20,000 nucleotides of DNA from assembly GCF_000760515.2 (NCBI RefSeq), contig NW_013546656.1, positions 49,023 through 69,022 on the forward strand, read 5' to 3'. A program made the translations under genes and the position numbers. This stretch comes from Mitosporidium daphniae. Taxonomy: Eukaryota. The notes beneath the pieces were generated by a model, which saw nothing but the letters and a program-made list of their open reading frames with translations, did no database searches and had not been told where the DNA came from. Below, piece by piece: positions 18,086 to 20,000 of the stretch (its first letter is position 1; every line of letters starts with the position of its first letter).

Positions 18086-19145
18086 ATGCACAGACCCGAG
18101 TTTATCGACCATAGTCGGGCTAGCTCGACCCAGGCGTCCCTAAACGAGCATTCTGTCGGATCAATCGTCAGTCTGAATACCCTTCTTGCTTCTGGGAATG
18201 CTAGTAGGATATCTAGCCTAGGCGAGTCGACAATTACTTCCACGGAATCTAGCTCTTTGATCGCATCTTCTATTGATGCACTTGATTCAAGTCTTGAGCC
18301 TGTCGCTCAGGCTTATAATGCTAGCTTTCAAGGCCTTTCAGCAAGCTCTTCTCCATCGTTAGATCAGACTCCGGAACCGGGGAATGGAACGGATGGCGAA
18401 ATCCTCAGAATGCTTAATCTAACTGGCTCGCCACCGTCACATTCTTCTGATGTTTCTAATGTTTTCCATTTCTGGAGGTCATTTTTGGATTCATCTCCTG
18501 CTGCCCTACGAAATGGAACAAACGGATCCCAATCCGAATTTCGCTCTGTACAAAGAGTTCACCCCTCCAAAAACTCTCGAGTAGAAGAGGCCAAACGAAA
18601 ACATGTCTACCAGCTTGCGTGCGAAAAATGTGAGTCTGTTGTTTCTGACAGGGCAATGCGGTCAAAACTGCTCGCAGACTCAAATTGCATTCTTTTCTCG
18701 ACAGATTCGCCAATGAGGTATGTCTAGTTGTCAATTTAAGTAATCCCAAAGCTGTGCAATCGGTCTTCTTGATTTGGACTACCGGACTATTAGCTGCGAT
18801 TGCCTTTTGAGGGATATTGCCTGCTTAACCTGGTATTTATTCGTCATTAATTGTAGCGGAACTATCATTGGATATCACATTTCTCACCCATGCGAGAGCT
18901 GCATGTCTGGTTGCACAAATGGTCATATATGGCTGTTCAATAACAGTGCCATTCAGTCAAAGCCGATTCTCAACCACAGTAAGTAATTGAGCCAATTTAA
19001 AGACAGGGAGCCACTTAGCTGGTACAAGCTCTTTTTGCACGATCAAGCAAAAGGGCGGCGAACAGGTGTTACCCCTCCTGCGGCTCCTCATAGCTCACTG
19101 GCCCTATCGCCTCCGCATATCGCTGTGGATTATTTCTGCCGATAG
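18086..19145 (+). CDS. FAM72: FAM72 family protein with Ser-rich N-terminal extension; introns 18718-18751, 18833-18856, 18979-19002 (possible extra 5' exon from ATG 17983)
   Basis: VYQLACEKCESVVSDRAMRSKLLADSNCILFSTD...CDCLLRDIACLTC|GTIIGYHISHPCESCMSGCTNGHIWLF...PLSWYKL...YFCR*, matching the FAM72 Cys-rich domain; stop TAG at 19143-19145. Confidence 0.88.
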
Positions 19146-19715
19146 TTGAAAAGTCGTTTAATTTGAATTTGTAATTGTAGCTCTAATAAACAATAGGAAT
19201 GCTATCCGGTCCACCGACGCATCTAACTGGCAGTGATGTGGTAGATTTGTTTAAAATCGAGTATTTTTCAAAAAATGTGCCATTCAAGGGGCAACCTTTG
19301 CCAAAAGGGCCTGGTTGGCCGTTGACGGATCATGGCAATCAAGAAGGGAAAGGAAATCTGGAGGAAAAAAGGAATACTGCAAATGCTTTTCAAAGTCATG
19401 AATGAGCAGAATTTCTTTGCCAACTTTTCCAATGCGGTGTTGAGCCTTTCAATCGCCATCTCAAAGATTTTTGTGCCATTTCGCAAGAGAAGCAGGGAAG
19501 ATTTACGGTGGATCGCATATTCCATTCACAAAAACCTGTTTTACCGAAGTCGAGATTTTGAAAAAATATGAAAGTTTGACAACTAAAAAAATTGTCTTTG
19601 GCATATTAGTCTGCCACTTTGAAAAAGAATAGCGTGTTCACGTTTTGAAAGTATTAAGAATCCTACAGTGCTTTTCATGAGAATTTACGTACCGGTTTTA
19701 CAATAATTTCAATAA

Positions 19716-20000
19716 ATGTCTTCGGCTCCTATAACAATTGTAGCAATCTATTTTAAAGCAATTGTTATTGTTGCTGGCAATCCATTAGCTTCAATTTTGA
19801 ATGGTTTAGCCTCCCAAGTGATGCCTCAAAAGACCGTAGATACCTCAAATGAGCCTCAAAAGACCGTAGATACCTCAAATGAGCCTCAAAAGACAGTAGA
19901 TGCCTCAAATGAGCCTCAAAAGACAGTAGATGCCTCAAATGAGCCTCAAAAGACAGTAGATGCCTCAAATGAGCCTCAAAAGACAGTAGATGCCTCAAAT
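19716..20000 (+). CDS. Putative secreted/surface protein with 10-aa tandem repeats (PQKTVD[T/A]SNE); runs off the window
   Basis: Not in the ORF track. ATG 19716 directly follows an in-frame TAA and is open to the window end: MSSAPITIVAIYFKAIVIVAGNPLASILNGLASQVM(PQKTVDTSNE)2(PQKTVDASNE)n. Repeat variants are synonymous (ACC/ACA) or conservative (T/A) in this frame. Confidence 0.65.
   Translation, partial: MSSAPITIVAIYFKAIVIVAGNPLASILNGLASQVMPQKTVDTSNEPQKTVDTSNEPQKTVDASNEPQKTVDASNEPQKTVDASNEPQKTVDASN
19823..20000. repeat. 30-bp tandem repeat, at least 5.9 copies
   Basis: Unit GCCTCAAAAGAC[C/A]GTAGAT[A/G]CCTCAAATGA, head-to-tail with no spacers, with an internal CCTCAAA sub-repeat; truncated by the window edge. 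Confidence 0.95.

Noticed and set aside
19765..19998. Minus-strand ORF (HLRHLLSFEA)n as the real gene
   Set aside because: Both repeat variants are non-synonymous in this frame (R/L, Y/H), whereas the + frame has a synonymous change, an ATG and a hydrophobic leader.
19823..20000. CRISPR-like array
   Set aside because: The 30-bp units are directly adjacent with no unique spacers, there are no cas genes, the context is eukaryotic, and the unit length is a codon multiple inside an ORF.

Overview
Very gene-dense eukaryotic DNA, not prokaryotic. It has spliceosomal introns (most only 24-47 nt, four of ~100 nt), intergenic gaps mostly ~25-100 bp, and fungal/opisthokont-like proteins, which fits a reduced early-diverging fungal lineage such as Rozellomycota or a basal microsporidian (taxon inferred, not proven). 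Gene order: RNF126/RNF115-like zinc-ribbon E3 ligase (5' part, -), RAD26/CSB (+, 5 introns), UNG (-), WD40 protein (-), CDC73 (+), RPS8 (+), class C GPCR (+), condensin YCG1/CAP-G (-, 10 micro-introns), PDCD5 (+, apparently frameshifted by a 14-bp duplication), membrane DnaJ protein (+), divergent SEC13-like WD40 (+), FAM72 (+), and the start of a putative secreted 10-aa-repeat protein (+) that runs off the window. The most interesting unexplained signals are two unusually long, strongly base-paired intergenic blocks (~8400-8716 and ~15370-15540) that look like unannotated structured ncRNAs; the second has an H/ACA-like layout and a TAGGGTTAGGG telomere-repeat motif. Also notable: a co-located FAM72/UNG pair, a UNG with an altered Leu-intercalation loop, and a class C GPCR lacking the cysteine-rich domain. 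All splice models and family assignments were made by eye from recalled motifs; no searches were run.
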